A DNA stretch of 62,723 nucleotides, the filler included, from Deltaproteobacteria bacterium (lineage in GTDB: Bacteria; JAUYMQ01): NCBI GenBank assembly GCA_030698575.1. It is 15 parts of 15 records of this genome, joined end to end, with 100 filler letters (N's around TTAATTAATTAA, not from the genome) between each part and the next. Parts side by side here need not be neighbours in the genome. Positions count along the whole stretch, not along the records: positions 27,519 to 34,079 come from JAUYMQ010000431.1; positions 34,180 to 44,088 come from JAUYMQ010000434.1; 13 more parts are not named here. One strand, given 5' to 3'. A program made the translations under genes and the position numbers. The notes beneath the pieces are model-generated. The model searched no databases and was not told the DNA's origin. It worked only from the letters and a program-made list of their open reading frames with translations. This document shows positions 29,233 through 38,532 of the stretch, in pieces. The number at the start of each line of letters is the position of its first letter. Position 1 is the stretch's first letter.

Positions 29233-32094
29233 ATGGCCCTTCCGGCCCTGACGCGCCGGGCGTTTCTCATCACGGCCGGCACCGCCACGCTCTCGCTCAC
29301 CCTCGGGCAGTTGAGGCACAGACCGGCGCCCGGCGGCGTCGCGGCCGCTTCCGCAGCCGCTCCTTCCAACGCATACACCAGCTTCGAAGATCTCTACCGC
29401 AGCCAGTGGCGCTGGGATCGCGTCGCAGCCGGCACCCACCTGCGTGTGAACTGCATCTCGGCCTGCGCCTTCGATCTCTACGTGAAGGACGACGTGGTCC
29501 TCCGTGAGGAGCAGGCGGCGATCTACGACCAGTCGGCACCGGACGTGCCGGACTTCAACCCCCGGGGGTGCAACAAGGGGGCTTGCTACAGCGAGCTGAT
29601 GTACGCGCCCAGCCGGATCAAGTATCCCCTGATGCGCGTGGGCGAGCGCGGGGCCGGCAAGTGGAAGCGCATCAGCTGGGACGAGGCGCTCGACCGCCTG
29701 GCCGATGCAATCGTCAGCAACGCGGTCGAGCACGGCCCCGAGTCGATCGTCTACGACCACGGCACCACGAACATCGATTTCGGGCCCGGCACGGGCGCGG
29801 AGCTGCGGCTCTTCTCGCTCCTCCGATCGACCATGCTCGACTCCTGGGCCGGCGTCGGCGACATGCCCATGGGCGCGGTGCAGACCTGGGGAATGTTCAA
29901 CGTGGAGGGGACGAGCGACGACTGGTTCCGGAGCGACTACATCGTCGTCTGGGCCGGCAACCCGGTCGTGACGCGCATCCCCGAGGCCCACTTCCTCCAC
30001 GAGGCCCGGTACCGCGGCGCGCAGCTGGTGATCGTCGCGCCGGACTACAGCCAGAGCGCCATTCATTCCGACCTCTGGGTGCCCGTTTCGCCGGGCGCCG
30101 ACGCGGCCCTGGCCATGGCCTGTGCAGGCGTGATTCTCGCCGAAGGGCTTCACGACGAGGACTACATCCGCGAGCAGACCGATCTCGCGTTTCTCGTGCG
30201 GGAGGACACCGGCCGATTCCTCCGCGAAGCGGATCGCAAAGCGGGCGGCGCCGAGGATCGCTTCTACTTCTTCGACGAGGTTTCCGGCGAGATCGTGGAA
30301 GCCCCCGGCACGCAGGGAAGGCCGCGCGGGAAGCTGGCGCTGAAGGCGTGGCGCCCCGCGCTCTCGGGACGGCGGGAGGCGCGGCTGGCGGACGGCCGCG
30401 CGGTGGGCGTGGTGCCGGTCCTCGATCTGCTCCGGAAGGAGCTGGAGCGCCACGCGCCCGAGCAGGCGGCAGCAGAGACGGGAGTTTCACCGCAAGTCAT
30501 CCGGAAGCTGGCGCGCGACATGGCCCGCGCGCCCGCGTCGATGATCATCGCATCCTGGGGGGCCTGCAAGCACTACCACAGCGACCTCGCCATGCGCGCG
30601 ATGATTCTCCTGATGGCGCTTACGGGAAACCAGGGAAAGCCGGGCGGTGGGTTGCGGACGGCCGCATGGTGGTCTCTCGCGGGTTTCGAGGAGTTCGCCG
30701 CCGCCAAGGAACAGGGGCTTTTCGAGAAGTGGGCCATGAAGATTATCGGCAGGCCGCCTGTGCGCGTCGCCGAGGAGTTCTACACGAAGGAAACGCGCAC
30801 GCGCATGCTGACGCCCTCGTCCCTCTGGCTCTACGTCCACGGCGGGCTCGACAAGGTCGCCGGCAAGCCCGAGCTGGGCGATCCGACACAGGGCGTTTCG
30901 CTGGACAAGGCCGTCGCGACGGCGCTCGACAAAGGATGGATGCCCGTCTTCCCCGCCCCCGGCAAGGACCCGAAGGTCTTCATCTTTACAGGTCCCAACC
31001 CGCTCCGACGCTGGCCCGCGCCACAGGTGATCAAGGAAACGCTCTGGCCCAAGTTCGATCTCATCGCGTCGGTGAACTTCCGCATGTCGACCACGACCCT
31101 GCTCTCCGATCTCGTCCTTCCCGCCGCCGGCTACTACGAGAAGATCGGGATCAAGTACACCATGAGCTACGTGCCCTACGTGATCTTCGGCGACCAGGCG
31201 GTGAAACCGTTGCACGAGTCGAGGGACGAGTGGGACATCGTGGCGTCGCTGGCCAAGCGCATCCAGAATCGCGCCCAGGCCGCCGGCTTGAAGCCGCTCG
31301 AGGCGCCCCAGGGCGAGCCCTGCGATCTCGGCCGGGTCTACGACCAGTGGAGCGAGAACGGTCGCTTCAAGGAAGGCGACCCGGTCTCCGGCATGCAGTA
31401 CATTCTCGATCGTTCGGACGTCACGGCGGGGCTCACCTGGGAGGAAGCGCGGAAGCGTCGCGCCGTTCCCATCAAGAGCGCGGGGCCCTACGCCCCGGTG
31501 AACGCCATCGGCACGACCGTCAGCGGCCCGGGGCCGGTCGCCCCCTCCCAGTGGTTCGTGGCGGAAAAGGAGCCCTGGCCCACGCTGACCGGGCGGCAGC
31601 AGTTCTACATCGATCACCCCTGGTACATGCGGGCGGGCGAGGCGCTGCCGACGGCCAAGCCCGCGCCCCCGACCGGCGGCGCCCATCCCTTCATCTTGAG
31701 CGGCGGGCACACGCGCTGGAGCGTTCACACCATGTGGCGGGACCAGCGGCACATGCTGAGGTTGCAGCGCGGCGAGCCGGTGATCTATATGAATCCCGGC
31801 GACGCCGCCAAACGCGGTATCGGGGAGCACGGCCGGGCGCGCGTCGCCAACGACATCGGCGCATTCGAGATCAGGGTCAAGCTCTCGCCGGCCATCCGCC
31901 CAGGGCAGCTGTTCATCTACCACGCCTGGGAGCCCTATCAGTTCGCCGGCTGGCACGGGCCGCATGAGCCCATCGCCTCGCCCTGGAAGCCGATCCACCT
32001 CGTGGGTGACTACGGGCAACTCCACTACCGGATGTACTACGCTGCCCCTGGCTTCCACCCCCGGGGAACGACGGTGGACATTCACCCGGCCTGA
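29233..32094 (+). CDS. Type II DMSO-reductase-family molybdoenzyme alpha subunit (EbdA/steroid C25 dehydrogenase-like)
   Basis: Tat motif TRRAFL; THLRVNCISAC...NPRGCNKG FS0 motif; Asp ligand in GVGDMP; TLTGRQQFYIDH; HTRWSVH. Confidence 0.93.
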   Translation: MALPALTRRAFLITAGTATLSLTLGQLRHRPAPGGVAAASAAAPSNAYTSFEDLYRSQWRWDRVAAGTHLRVNCISACAFDLYVKDDVVLREEQAAIYDQSAPDVPDFNPRGCNKGACYSELMYAPSRIKYPLMRVGERGAGKWKRISWDEALDRLADAIVSNAVEHGPESIVYDHGTTNIDFGPGTGAELRLFSLLRSTMLDSWAGVGDMPMGAVQTWGMFNVEGTSDDWFRSDYIVVWAGNPVVTRIPEAHFLHEARYRGAQLVIVAPDYSQSAIHSDLWVPVSPGADAALAMACAGVILAEGLHDEDYIREQTDLAFLVREDTGRFLREADRKAGGAEDRFYFFDEVSGEIVEAPGTQGRPRGKLALKAWRPALSGRREARLADGRAVGVVPVLDLLRKELERHAPEQAAAETGVSPQVIRKLARDMARAPASMIIASWGACKHYHSDLAMRAMILLMALTGNQGKPGGGLRTAAWWSLAGFEEFAAAKEQGLFEKWAMKIIGRPPVRVAEEFYTKETRTRMLTPSSLWLYVHGGLDKVAGKPELGDPTQGVSLDKAVATALDKGWMPVFPAPGKDPKVFIFTGPNPLRRWPAPQVIKETLWPKFDLIASVNFRMSTTTLLSDLVLPAAGYYEKIGIKYTMSYVPYVIFGDQAVKPLHESRDEWDIVASLAKRIQNRAQAAGLKPLEAPQGEPCDLGRVYDQWSENGRFKEGDPVSGMQYILDRSDVTAGLTWEEARKRRAVPIKSAGPYAPVNAIGTTVSGPGPVAPSQWFVAEKEPWPTLTGRQQFYIDHPWYMRAGEALPTAKPAPPTGGAHPFILSGGHTRWSVHTMWRDQRHMLRLQRGEPVIYMNPGDAAKRGIGEHGRARVANDIGAFEIRVKLSPAIRPGQLFIYHAWEPYQFAGWHGPHEPIASPWKPIHLVGDYGQLHYRMYYAAPGFHPRGTTVDIHPA

Positions 32095-32155
32095 GCCAAT
32101 TTCGGGAGCGGAACGGTGGGGAATCGGTATCTTGATCTTGAAAGGAGAGACGACC

Positions 32156-32839
32156 ATGACGACAGCGGCCGCCGCGGAGATCTCCGACCTGCGCCAGGGA
32201 TTTGAATCCCAAACGGCACGTCGTAGCGAGCTGTACCGCCTGCTCGCAACCGCCTTCGGCTTTCCCTCCGCGGATCTCCGCAAGGCGGTTTCCGCCGGGG
32301 AAGTCAGGGCCGCCCTCGCGGAGACGGCGGGAGGACTCCCCTACTCGCTTGCGATACCGTTTGATGCGCCGGCCCTCGCCGATGCCGGAACGGGCGAGGA
32401 CACTCTCGAGACGGAGTACATCCGGCTATTCGACGTGGGGGCGGGAAGCGGACCCCCCTGCCCGCTCTACGTCGGAAACTGGCGCGGCGACCGTCTTGGT
32501 GTCATGGAGGAGTGCCTGCGCTTCTACGATCACTTCGGGCTGGGCCTTCCCGAGCCGCGGCCGGAGCTTCCGGATCACCTGACGGTCGCGCTGGAGTTCC
32601 TCCACTACCTCACTTTCCGTCAGGCGGAAGCGCTGAGGGCGAGCGCTCCCTGCGGTGACTACGTCCGCGCCCAGCGCGACTTCCTCGATCGAGCGGTTCT
32701 TTCGTGGTTCCCGCGCATGACGTCGAAGCTGTCCGGTGAATCTCCTCCGCCCTACTACGTAACCCTCGCATCCCTCGCCCTTGCCTTCTTCGAAGCGGAG
32801 AAAGCCTACCTCGCTGATCTGGCGAAGACCGCTGCCTGA
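32156..32839 (+). CDS. TorD/NarJ/EbdD-family maturation chaperone
   Basis: EYIRLFD, PPCPLY, ELPDHLTVALEFL; AAGGAG RBS. Confidence 0.9.
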   Translation: MTTAAAAEISDLRQGFESQTARRSELYRLLATAFGFPSADLRKAVSAGEVRAALAETAGGLPYSLAIPFDAPALADAGTGEDTLETEYIRLFDVGAGSGPPCPLYVGNWRGDRLGVMEECLRFYDHFGLGLPEPRPELPDHLTVALEFLHYLTFRQAEALRASAPCGDYVRAQRDFLDRAVLSWFPRMTSKLSGESPPPYYVTLASLALAFFEAEKAYLADLAKTAA

Positions 32840-32916
32840 GCCACGGGACGCCGTTCGCGGTTTCGGGTAAACGTGATAGATCTCGCGGGGGTGCATCCGG
32901 GCGCCCGTCCACAAGT

Positions 32917-33660
32917 GTGAGGAATCAGCGAGTGCGAATCCACTGGCTCCAGCACGTCCCCTTCGAGGGGCTCGGCAGCATCGAGGCCTGGGCCTCCGAG
33001 ACGGGCCACCTTCTGCGTTTCACCCGGCTCTTCGCCGGGGAGAAGCTTCCCGGCGTGGCGGATTTCGACTGGCTCATCGTGATGGGCGGTCCGATGAACG
33101 TGGACGAGGAAGATCGCTACCCCTGGCTCGCCGCCGAGAAGCAGCTGATCTCGCGCGCCATCGAGGAAGGGAGGGCCGTTCTCGGACTCTGCCTCGGCGC
33201 CCAGCTCATCGCGCGCGCGCTCGGCGCGCGTGTCTACCCGAATGCTCAAAAGGAGATCGGCTGGTTTCCGATCGAGATGACGGAAGCTTCACGGCACGAT
33301 CCCCTCTTCCGCGAGTTTCCAGGGCGGTTCGAAGCCTTCCACTGGCACGGCGACACCTTCGATCTCCCGGAAGGCGCAGTCCGCATCGCGCGCAGCGAAG
33401 CGTGCGAGAATCAGGGTTTCGTCTACCGCGACCGCGTCATCGGCCTCCAGTTCCATCTCGAGACTACCCCGGCCGGAGCGGGCCAGCTCATCGACGCATG
33501 CGGTGACGATCTCCGGCCCGGCCCCTTCGTCCAGGACGCCGCCGCCATCCTGGCGGACCGGCAGCGGTTCCGGACCGTGAACGGCCTGATGCGAGCCCTT
33601 CTCGAAGGCCTCCCCCCGGGGCGCCCGGCCGGAAAGAGGACTTCCGAGCTCCAGCCGTAG
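32917..33660 (+). CDS. Class I glutamine amidotransferase-like protein
   Basis: LQHVPFEGLG, GGPM, GLCLGAQL, HWHGD, LQFHLE. Confidence 0.92.
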   Translation: MRNQRVRIHWLQHVPFEGLGSIEAWASETGHLLRFTRLFAGEKLPGVADFDWLIVMGGPMNVDEEDRYPWLAAEKQLISRAIEEGRAVLGLCLGAQLIARALGARVYPNAQKEIGWFPIEMTEASRHDPLFREFPGRFEAFHWHGDTFDLPEGAVRIARSEACENQGFVYRDRVIGLQFHLETTPAGAGQLIDACGDDLRPGPFVQDAAAILADRQRFRTVNGLMRALLEGLPPGRPAGKRTSELQP

Positions 33661-33745
33661 TTTCCCGCCACCGCCGCCCTGGCAAATTTTGCGCTGTTCT
33701 TTGTTAAGATGCCCCGACGCCATTCACACGCGCGGGGTTCATCCT

Positions 33746-34079
33746 TTGGACTGTCCCAACTGCCAGCGATCCAACCCGGCCGGCAACGCCTTCTGCGGCG
33801 GCTGCGGCGCTCCGCTGGCACTCGCCTGCCCGACCTGCGGGCGGGAGAACCCGCCTGATCACAAATTCTGCGGAGGCTGCGGCCGGTCGCTCGAAAGTGT
33901 GACAGTCCCTCTTTCCGGCGCTCCCGGCGAAAACCTGGGACAGTCCCAGGGAGAGGGACAGTCCCCTTTTTCGCCACGGGACTACACGCCCAAGCATCTC
34001 GCCGACAAGATTCTGACCCGCAAGAGCGCCCTCGAGGGCGAGCGCAAGCAGGTCACAGTGCTCTTCGCCGACGTGAAGG
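33746..34079 (+). CDS. Double-zinc-ribbon class III adenylate/guanylate cyclase, 3' truncated
   Basis: Four CxxC pairs; YTPKHLADKIL...GERKQVTVLFADVK. Confidence 0.9.
33901..33970. repeat. Three (GG)GACAGTCCC REP-like palindromes inside a CDS
   Basis: GACAGTCCC at 33901, CCTGGGACAGTCCCAGG at 33934, GGGACAGTCCCC at 33955. Confidence 0.8.
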
Positions 34080-34179
34080 NNNNNNNNNNNNNNNNNNNNN
34101 NNNNNNNNNNNNNNNNNNNNNNNTTAATTAATTAANNNNNNNNNNNNNNNNNNNNNNNNNNNNNNNNNNNNNNNNNNNN

Positions 34180-34733
34180 CCTTCACCGAGACCGGCATCA
34201 TGCTTCAATCCGGAGAGGAGCTGCCCGCCCACATCATCGTCACTGCAACCGGCATGAACCTGGTGACCCTCGGCGAGGCCGAATTCGTGGTCGACGGAAA
34301 CCCTGTCGACTTCTCCAGGACCTGGACCTATAAAGGCTTCGCCAGTTCCGACGTCCCCAATCTTGCCTCGTCGTTCGGCTACATCAACGCGTCGTGGACG
34401 CTGCGCGCCGAGCTCACCTGTGAGTATGTCTGCCGCCTGCTGAACCACATGCGCGAGACGGGGACCGACCAGTGCACGCCCCGTCTCCGGCCCTCCGACC
34501 ACGAGATGCCAGAGCGACCCTGGATCGACAGCTTCACTCCCGGATACATCCAAAGGAAGATCCATCTGTTTCCGAAGCAGGGGGACCGGGCCCCCTGGAT
34601 CAACCCCCAGCTTTACTCGAAGGACAAGAAGCTGTTCCGCGAGGCCCCGGTTAACGACGGCGTCATGCAGTTCACGAAGTCGAATCGGGATCGTTCCGGC
34701 CGCGCGCGCAACAAGTCAATAAGTCACGCCTGA
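34180..34733 (+). CDS. Flavin-containing monooxygenase (EthA/BVMO-like) C-terminus, 5' truncated
   Basis: IIVTATG, YKG..SDVPN..FGYINASWTLRA, FTPGYIQR, PKQG...PW. Confidence 0.9.
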
Positions 34734-34739
34734 CCCCGC

Positions 34740-34765
34740 AAAAGTCCCCGTCTTTACGGGCTTTT
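34740..34765. terminator. Probable intrinsic terminator after the monooxygenase
   Basis: AAAAGTCCCCGT-CTTT-ACGGGCTTTT imperfect hairpin. Confidence 0.45.
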
Positions 34766-34768
34766 CGC

Positions 34769-34797
34769 TTGACGCATGCCCCCGCCGGGGCTAGACT
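34769..34797 (+). promoter_or_regulatory. Sigma70-type promoter for the lysS operon
   Basis: TTGACG-N17-TAGACT. Confidence 0.65.
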
Positions 34798-34920
34798 CCC
34801 GCCAACTCAAGGGATTTCGGCGATCAGGGCCCGCGCGGGGGGCGGCGGGAGCCCTGAACCTCGTCCCGCCATAGGGCTGCGCCCACCGCTTCATCCCCCT
34901 GGAGAGCCCCCCGGAGAGCA

Positions 34921-36480
34921 ATGCCCATGGCGTCCGCCGACGAGTCGAACCGGCTGATCCAGAACCGCCGGACGAATCTTGAGGCCGTCCGCGCGGCGGG
35001 CGGAGCGGCCTATCCGAACCGGTTCGTTGTCACCTCCACTACGGCCGCGATCCGCGAGCGCTTCGGTGACACCCCGGCGGAGGATCTCGCCAAGGTGGGC
35101 GAGCAGTTCCGCCTGGCGGGACGCATCATGGCGCTGCGTGCCCACGGGAAGACCGCCTTCGCGGATCTCCACGATCGGACCGGCCGCATCCAGCTCTTCG
35201 TCAGGAAGGATCAGCTCGAAGGGGCGGGGACGGAGACCCTCTCCCACCTCGATCTCGGCGACCTGGTGGGGGCCGAGGGGGGCGTTCTGCGCACGCGCAC
35301 GGGGGAGCTGTCCGTCGAGGTCACAAACATCGTCCTTCTTGCAAAGTCCCTCCGGCCGCTCCCCGAGAAGTGGCACGGGCTCAAGGACGTCGAGACGCGT
35401 TTCCGGGAGCGCGCGGTCGATCTGCTGGTCAACCCCGGGGTGCGCGAGATCTTCGTCAAGCGCGCCCGGATCATCCAGTTCATTCGCGAGTTTCTGTCAT
35501 CCCGGGGGTTTCTCGAGGTTGAAACCCCGATGATGCAGGCGCTCCCGGGGGGCGCGACGGCCCGCCCCTTCCGGACCCATCACAACGCCCTCGGCATGGA
35601 TCTCTACCTCCGCATCGCGCCCGAGCTCTATCTGAAGCGGCTGGTGGTCGGAGGGCTCGATCGCGTCTTCGAGATCAACCGGAACTTCCGCAACGAGGGG
35701 CTCTCGACGCGCCACAACCCCGAGTTCACGATGCTGGAGTTCTACCAGGCCTACGCCACCCACGAGGATCTGATGGCGCTCACCGAGGAGATGCTGAGCG
35801 AGTGCGCCCGGGAGATCCTCGGGAGTGCGCAGATCGAATATCAGGGGCAACCGATCGATCTCTCTCCGCCGTGGGGGAGGCTCTCGCTCCGGGATGCCAT
35901 CACACGGCATACGGGCATCGCCGGCGACGCGCTGGCCGATCGCGGCAGCGCCCTCGAGGCCGCCCGGGCCCTCGGCGTCAAACTGAAGGATGACGACAGC
36001 CTCGGCAGAATTCTGGCCAAGGTCGTCGACGCCCTGGTGGAGCCCCATCTCGTGCAGCCTACCTTCGTCGTCGACTACCCCACCGAGGTGAGCCCGCTTT
36101 CGCGGCCGCGGGACGACGACCCCTCCCTCGTGGAGCGATTCGAAGCCTTCATCGGCGCGCTCGAGGTGGCCAACGGCTTCAGCGAGCTGAATGATCCCGA
36201 TGAGCAGCGCCGCCGCTTCCTGTCGCAGCTTGACAATCGGGATCCGGACGATCCAGACGTCGACATGGACATCCGGGAGATCGACGAGGACTACATCCGC
36301 ACGCTCGAGGTCGGCATGCCGCCGACGGCGGGCGAGGGGATCGGAATCGACCGGCTGGTCATGCTGCTGACGAACAGTCATTCCATCCGCGAGGTAATCC
36401 TCTTCCCGCAGCTCCGGCCGGAGCACGGGAGGGGTGTGGCGGGAGAGGGCGGAGAGCCGCCGAGCTCGGAGAGCGCCTGA
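34921..36480 (+). CDS. lysS: Lysine--tRNA ligase (class II)
   Basis: PLPEKWHGLKD, LEVETPMM, RIAPELYLKRL, FRNEG, GMPPTAGEGIGIDRL. Confidence 0.98.
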   Translation: MPMASADESNRLIQNRRTNLEAVRAAGGAAYPNRFVVTSTTAAIRERFGDTPAEDLAKVGEQFRLAGRIMALRAHGKTAFADLHDRTGRIQLFVRKDQLEGAGTETLSHLDLGDLVGAEGGVLRTRTGELSVEVTNIVLLAKSLRPLPEKWHGLKDVETRFRERAVDLLVNPGVREIFVKRARIIQFIREFLSSRGFLEVETPMMQALPGGATARPFRTHHNALGMDLYLRIAPELYLKRLVVGGLDRVFEINRNFRNEGLSTRHNPEFTMLEFYQAYATHEDLMALTEEMLSECAREILGSAQIEYQGQPIDLSPPWGRLSLRDAITRHTGIAGDALADRGSALEAARALGVKLKDDDSLGRILAKVVDALVEPHLVQPTFVVDYPTEVSPLSRPRDDDPSLVERFEAFIGALEVANGFSELNDPDEQRRRFLSQLDNRDPDDPDVDMDIREIDEDYIRTLEVGMPPTAGEGIGIDRLVMLLTNSHSIREVILFPQLRPEHGRGVAGEGGEPPSSESA

Positions 36481-37772
36481 TGCCCTACGAGTGGTTCATC
36501 GCCATGCGGTACCTTTTCGCGCGGCGAAAACAGACCTTCATCTCGATCACGAGCGCCATCACGCTGCTCGGCGTCGCGCTGGGCGTGTGGGTGATGATCA
36601 CCGTCCTCTCCGTCATGAACGGTTTCGAGGAGCAGTGGCGCGACAAGATCATCGGCGCGAACGCTCACGTGATCGTGACCCGCGTCGACGGCGCCATGGA
36701 TCAGTACGATCAGGTACTCGCACGAATCGACAAGGCGCCCGGCGTGACGGGGGCCGCCCCCTTCCAGCTCTCGCAGGTCATGCTTCGCTCGGAGTCGGGG
36801 GTCATCGGCGTCGAGCTGAAGGGGATCGACCCGGAGCGGGCGCCGGACGTGACCAACATCAAGGTGGATCTCCGCGAGGGAAAGCTCGAGTGGCTGGACA
36901 ACCCTCCGCCGATTCCCCCCGCCGAGGGCGAAGAGCCGGGGGAGCCCACGCGCTACCCGGGAATCATCATCGGCGAGGAGCTGGCCTCACTCCTCGACGT
37001 CCGGCTGCAGGACACGCTCGTGATGGTGAGCCCCTTCGGAGGCCGCCTCACGCCGGCCGGCCCCTCGCCCAAGTACAAGCGCTTCCAGGTCGTCGGCCTG
37101 TTCAAGTCCGGCTTCTACCAGTTCGACGCGCAGGTGGCCTACCTCTCACTCGACAGCTCCCAGGAGCTTCTCTCGACGGGGAAGGTCGCCTCGGGAATCG
37201 AGGTCAAGACCACCGGGGTCTTCGAGGCGGAGAAGGTGGCGCGAGCCCTCGAGACTGAGCTCGGATTCCCCTTCAACGCCCGCGCCTGGACCGAGTTCAA
37301 CCCGACCTTTTTCAGCGCGCTTCGCACCGAAAAGGTCACGATGACCATCATCCTGGTCTTCATCGTCGCCGTGGCCGCCTTCGGCATCATCAGCACCCTG
37401 GTCATGATGGTCATGGAGAAGCACAAGGATATCGCCATCCTGAAGACCATGGGCGCCACGAATGGGGGCATCAGCCGCATCTTTCTGATCGAGGGGCTTC
37501 TCATCGGCGGCGGCGGAATCGCGAGCGGGCTCAGCCTCGGGCTCTACACCGTGGCGAACATCGAGAGGTTGCAGCGGGGGGTGGAGAAGATCGTCGGTTT
37601 CAACCCGCTCCCGCCGGACATTTACAACCTCTCCCAGCTCCCCGCGAAGATCGAGGATGCCCAGATCACCCTCATTCTCGCGTCGGCGCTCGCGGCGAGC
37701 GTGATCGCCACGGTCTTCCCGAGCTGGCAGGCGAGCCGGGTCGATCCCGTGGAAGGGTTAAGGAGCGAATAA
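36480..37772 (+). CDS. lolE: Lipoprotein-releasing ABC permease LolC/E
   Basis: IAMRYL, VLSVMNGFE, KDIAILKTMGA, DPVEGLRSE. Confidence 0.9.
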   Translation: MPYEWFIAMRYLFARRKQTFISITSAITLLGVALGVWVMITVLSVMNGFEEQWRDKIIGANAHVIVTRVDGAMDQYDQVLARIDKAPGVTGAAPFQLSQVMLRSESGVIGVELKGIDPERAPDVTNIKVDLREGKLEWLDNPPPIPPAEGEEPGEPTRYPGIIIGEELASLLDVRLQDTLVMVSPFGGRLTPAGPSPKYKRFQVVGLFKSGFYQFDAQVAYLSLDSSQELLSTGKVASGIEVKTTGVFEAEKVARALETELGFPFNARAWTEFNPTFFSALRTEKVTMTIILVFIVAVAAFGIISTLVMMVMEKHKDIAILKTMGATNGGISRIFLIEGLLIGGGGIASGLSLGLYTVANIERLQRGVEKIVGFNPLPPDIYNLSQLPAKIEDAQITLILASALAASVIATVFPSWQASRVDPVEGLRSE

Positions 37773-37812
37773 TGAAGGAAGTTTTTGACCGTCAGGGAGG
37801 CTGTGTTATCAT

Positions 37813-38487
37813 TTGACCCCTTTGATCCGGGCCGAAGGGCTCTCCAAGTCCTACAAGACGGGCGAGACCACGCTAGAGGTGCTGAGCGATCTCCACTTCA
37901 GCATTCTCCCGGGGGAGACCGCGGCGGTGGTAGGTGTTTCGGGGGTGGGGAAATCCACGCTACTTCATATTCTGGGGACGATCGATCGGCCGACCTCGGG
38001 GCGGGTCCTATTCGAGGACCGCGATCCCTTCGGGCTCAATTCCGCCGATCTGGCGAGATTTCGGAACGAAACGATCGGCTTCGTATTTCAGTTTCATCAT
38101 CTGTTGCCCGAGTTCTCGGCGGTCGAAAACGTCATGATGCCCGCGCTCATCCGCCGCCTGCCGCGCCGCGAGGCACGGGAGCGCGCGGAGGCGCTTCTTG
38201 AAGAGGTCGGGGTGTCGAACCGCCGGGGGCATCGGGTCGGGCAGCTGTCCGGCGGCGAGGCCCAGCGGGTGGCCATCGCCAGGGCGCTCGTTCTCGAGCC
38301 GCGCGTCCTGCTCGCGGATGAGCCGACAGGAAATCTCGATCCCCGGACAGCGGGAACGATCCAGGATCTTATTCTCGGCCTCAATTTGAGGAAGAAGCTG
38401 ACCATCCTGATGGCGACGCACAACGAGAAAATGGCGGCAGGGATGGGCCGCCAACTTCATCTCTCGGACGGCAAGCTGAACCCTTGA
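37813..38487 (+). CDS. lolD: Lipoprotein-releasing ABC ATPase
   Basis: GVSGVGKST, FQFHHLLPEF, LSGGE, ADEPTGNLD. Confidence 0.93.
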   Translation: MTPLIRAEGLSKSYKTGETTLEVLSDLHFSILPGETAAVVGVSGVGKSTLLHILGTIDRPTSGRVLFEDRDPFGLNSADLARFRNETIGFVFQFHHLLPEFSAVENVMMPALIRRLPRREARERAEALLEEVGVSNRRGHRVGQLSGGEAQRVAIARALVLEPRVLLADEPTGNLDPRTAGTIQDLILGLNLRKKLTILMATHNEKMAAGMGRQLHLSDGKLNP

Positions 38488-38532
38488 GGCCCCGCGCGGA
38501 GCGCGGGCCGAAGAGGCTCTTACGATCGGGGT

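Noticed and set aside
29568..31967. 799-aa alternative-frame ORF, and similar long shadow ORFs such as 38989-41370, 53639-55408 and 44137-45717
   Set aside because: Products typical of off-frame or antisense reading of high-GC genes that already have clear assignments
29233..32094. Respiratory nitrate reductase NarG or nitrite oxidoreductase
   Set aside because: At 953 aa it is too short, it lacks the THGVNCTGSC and DWYCD motifs, and the gamma subunit is the soluble EbdC type
34800..34920. Lysine riboswitch or T-box upstream of lysS
   Set aside because: The leader is short, with no recognisable consensus or terminator
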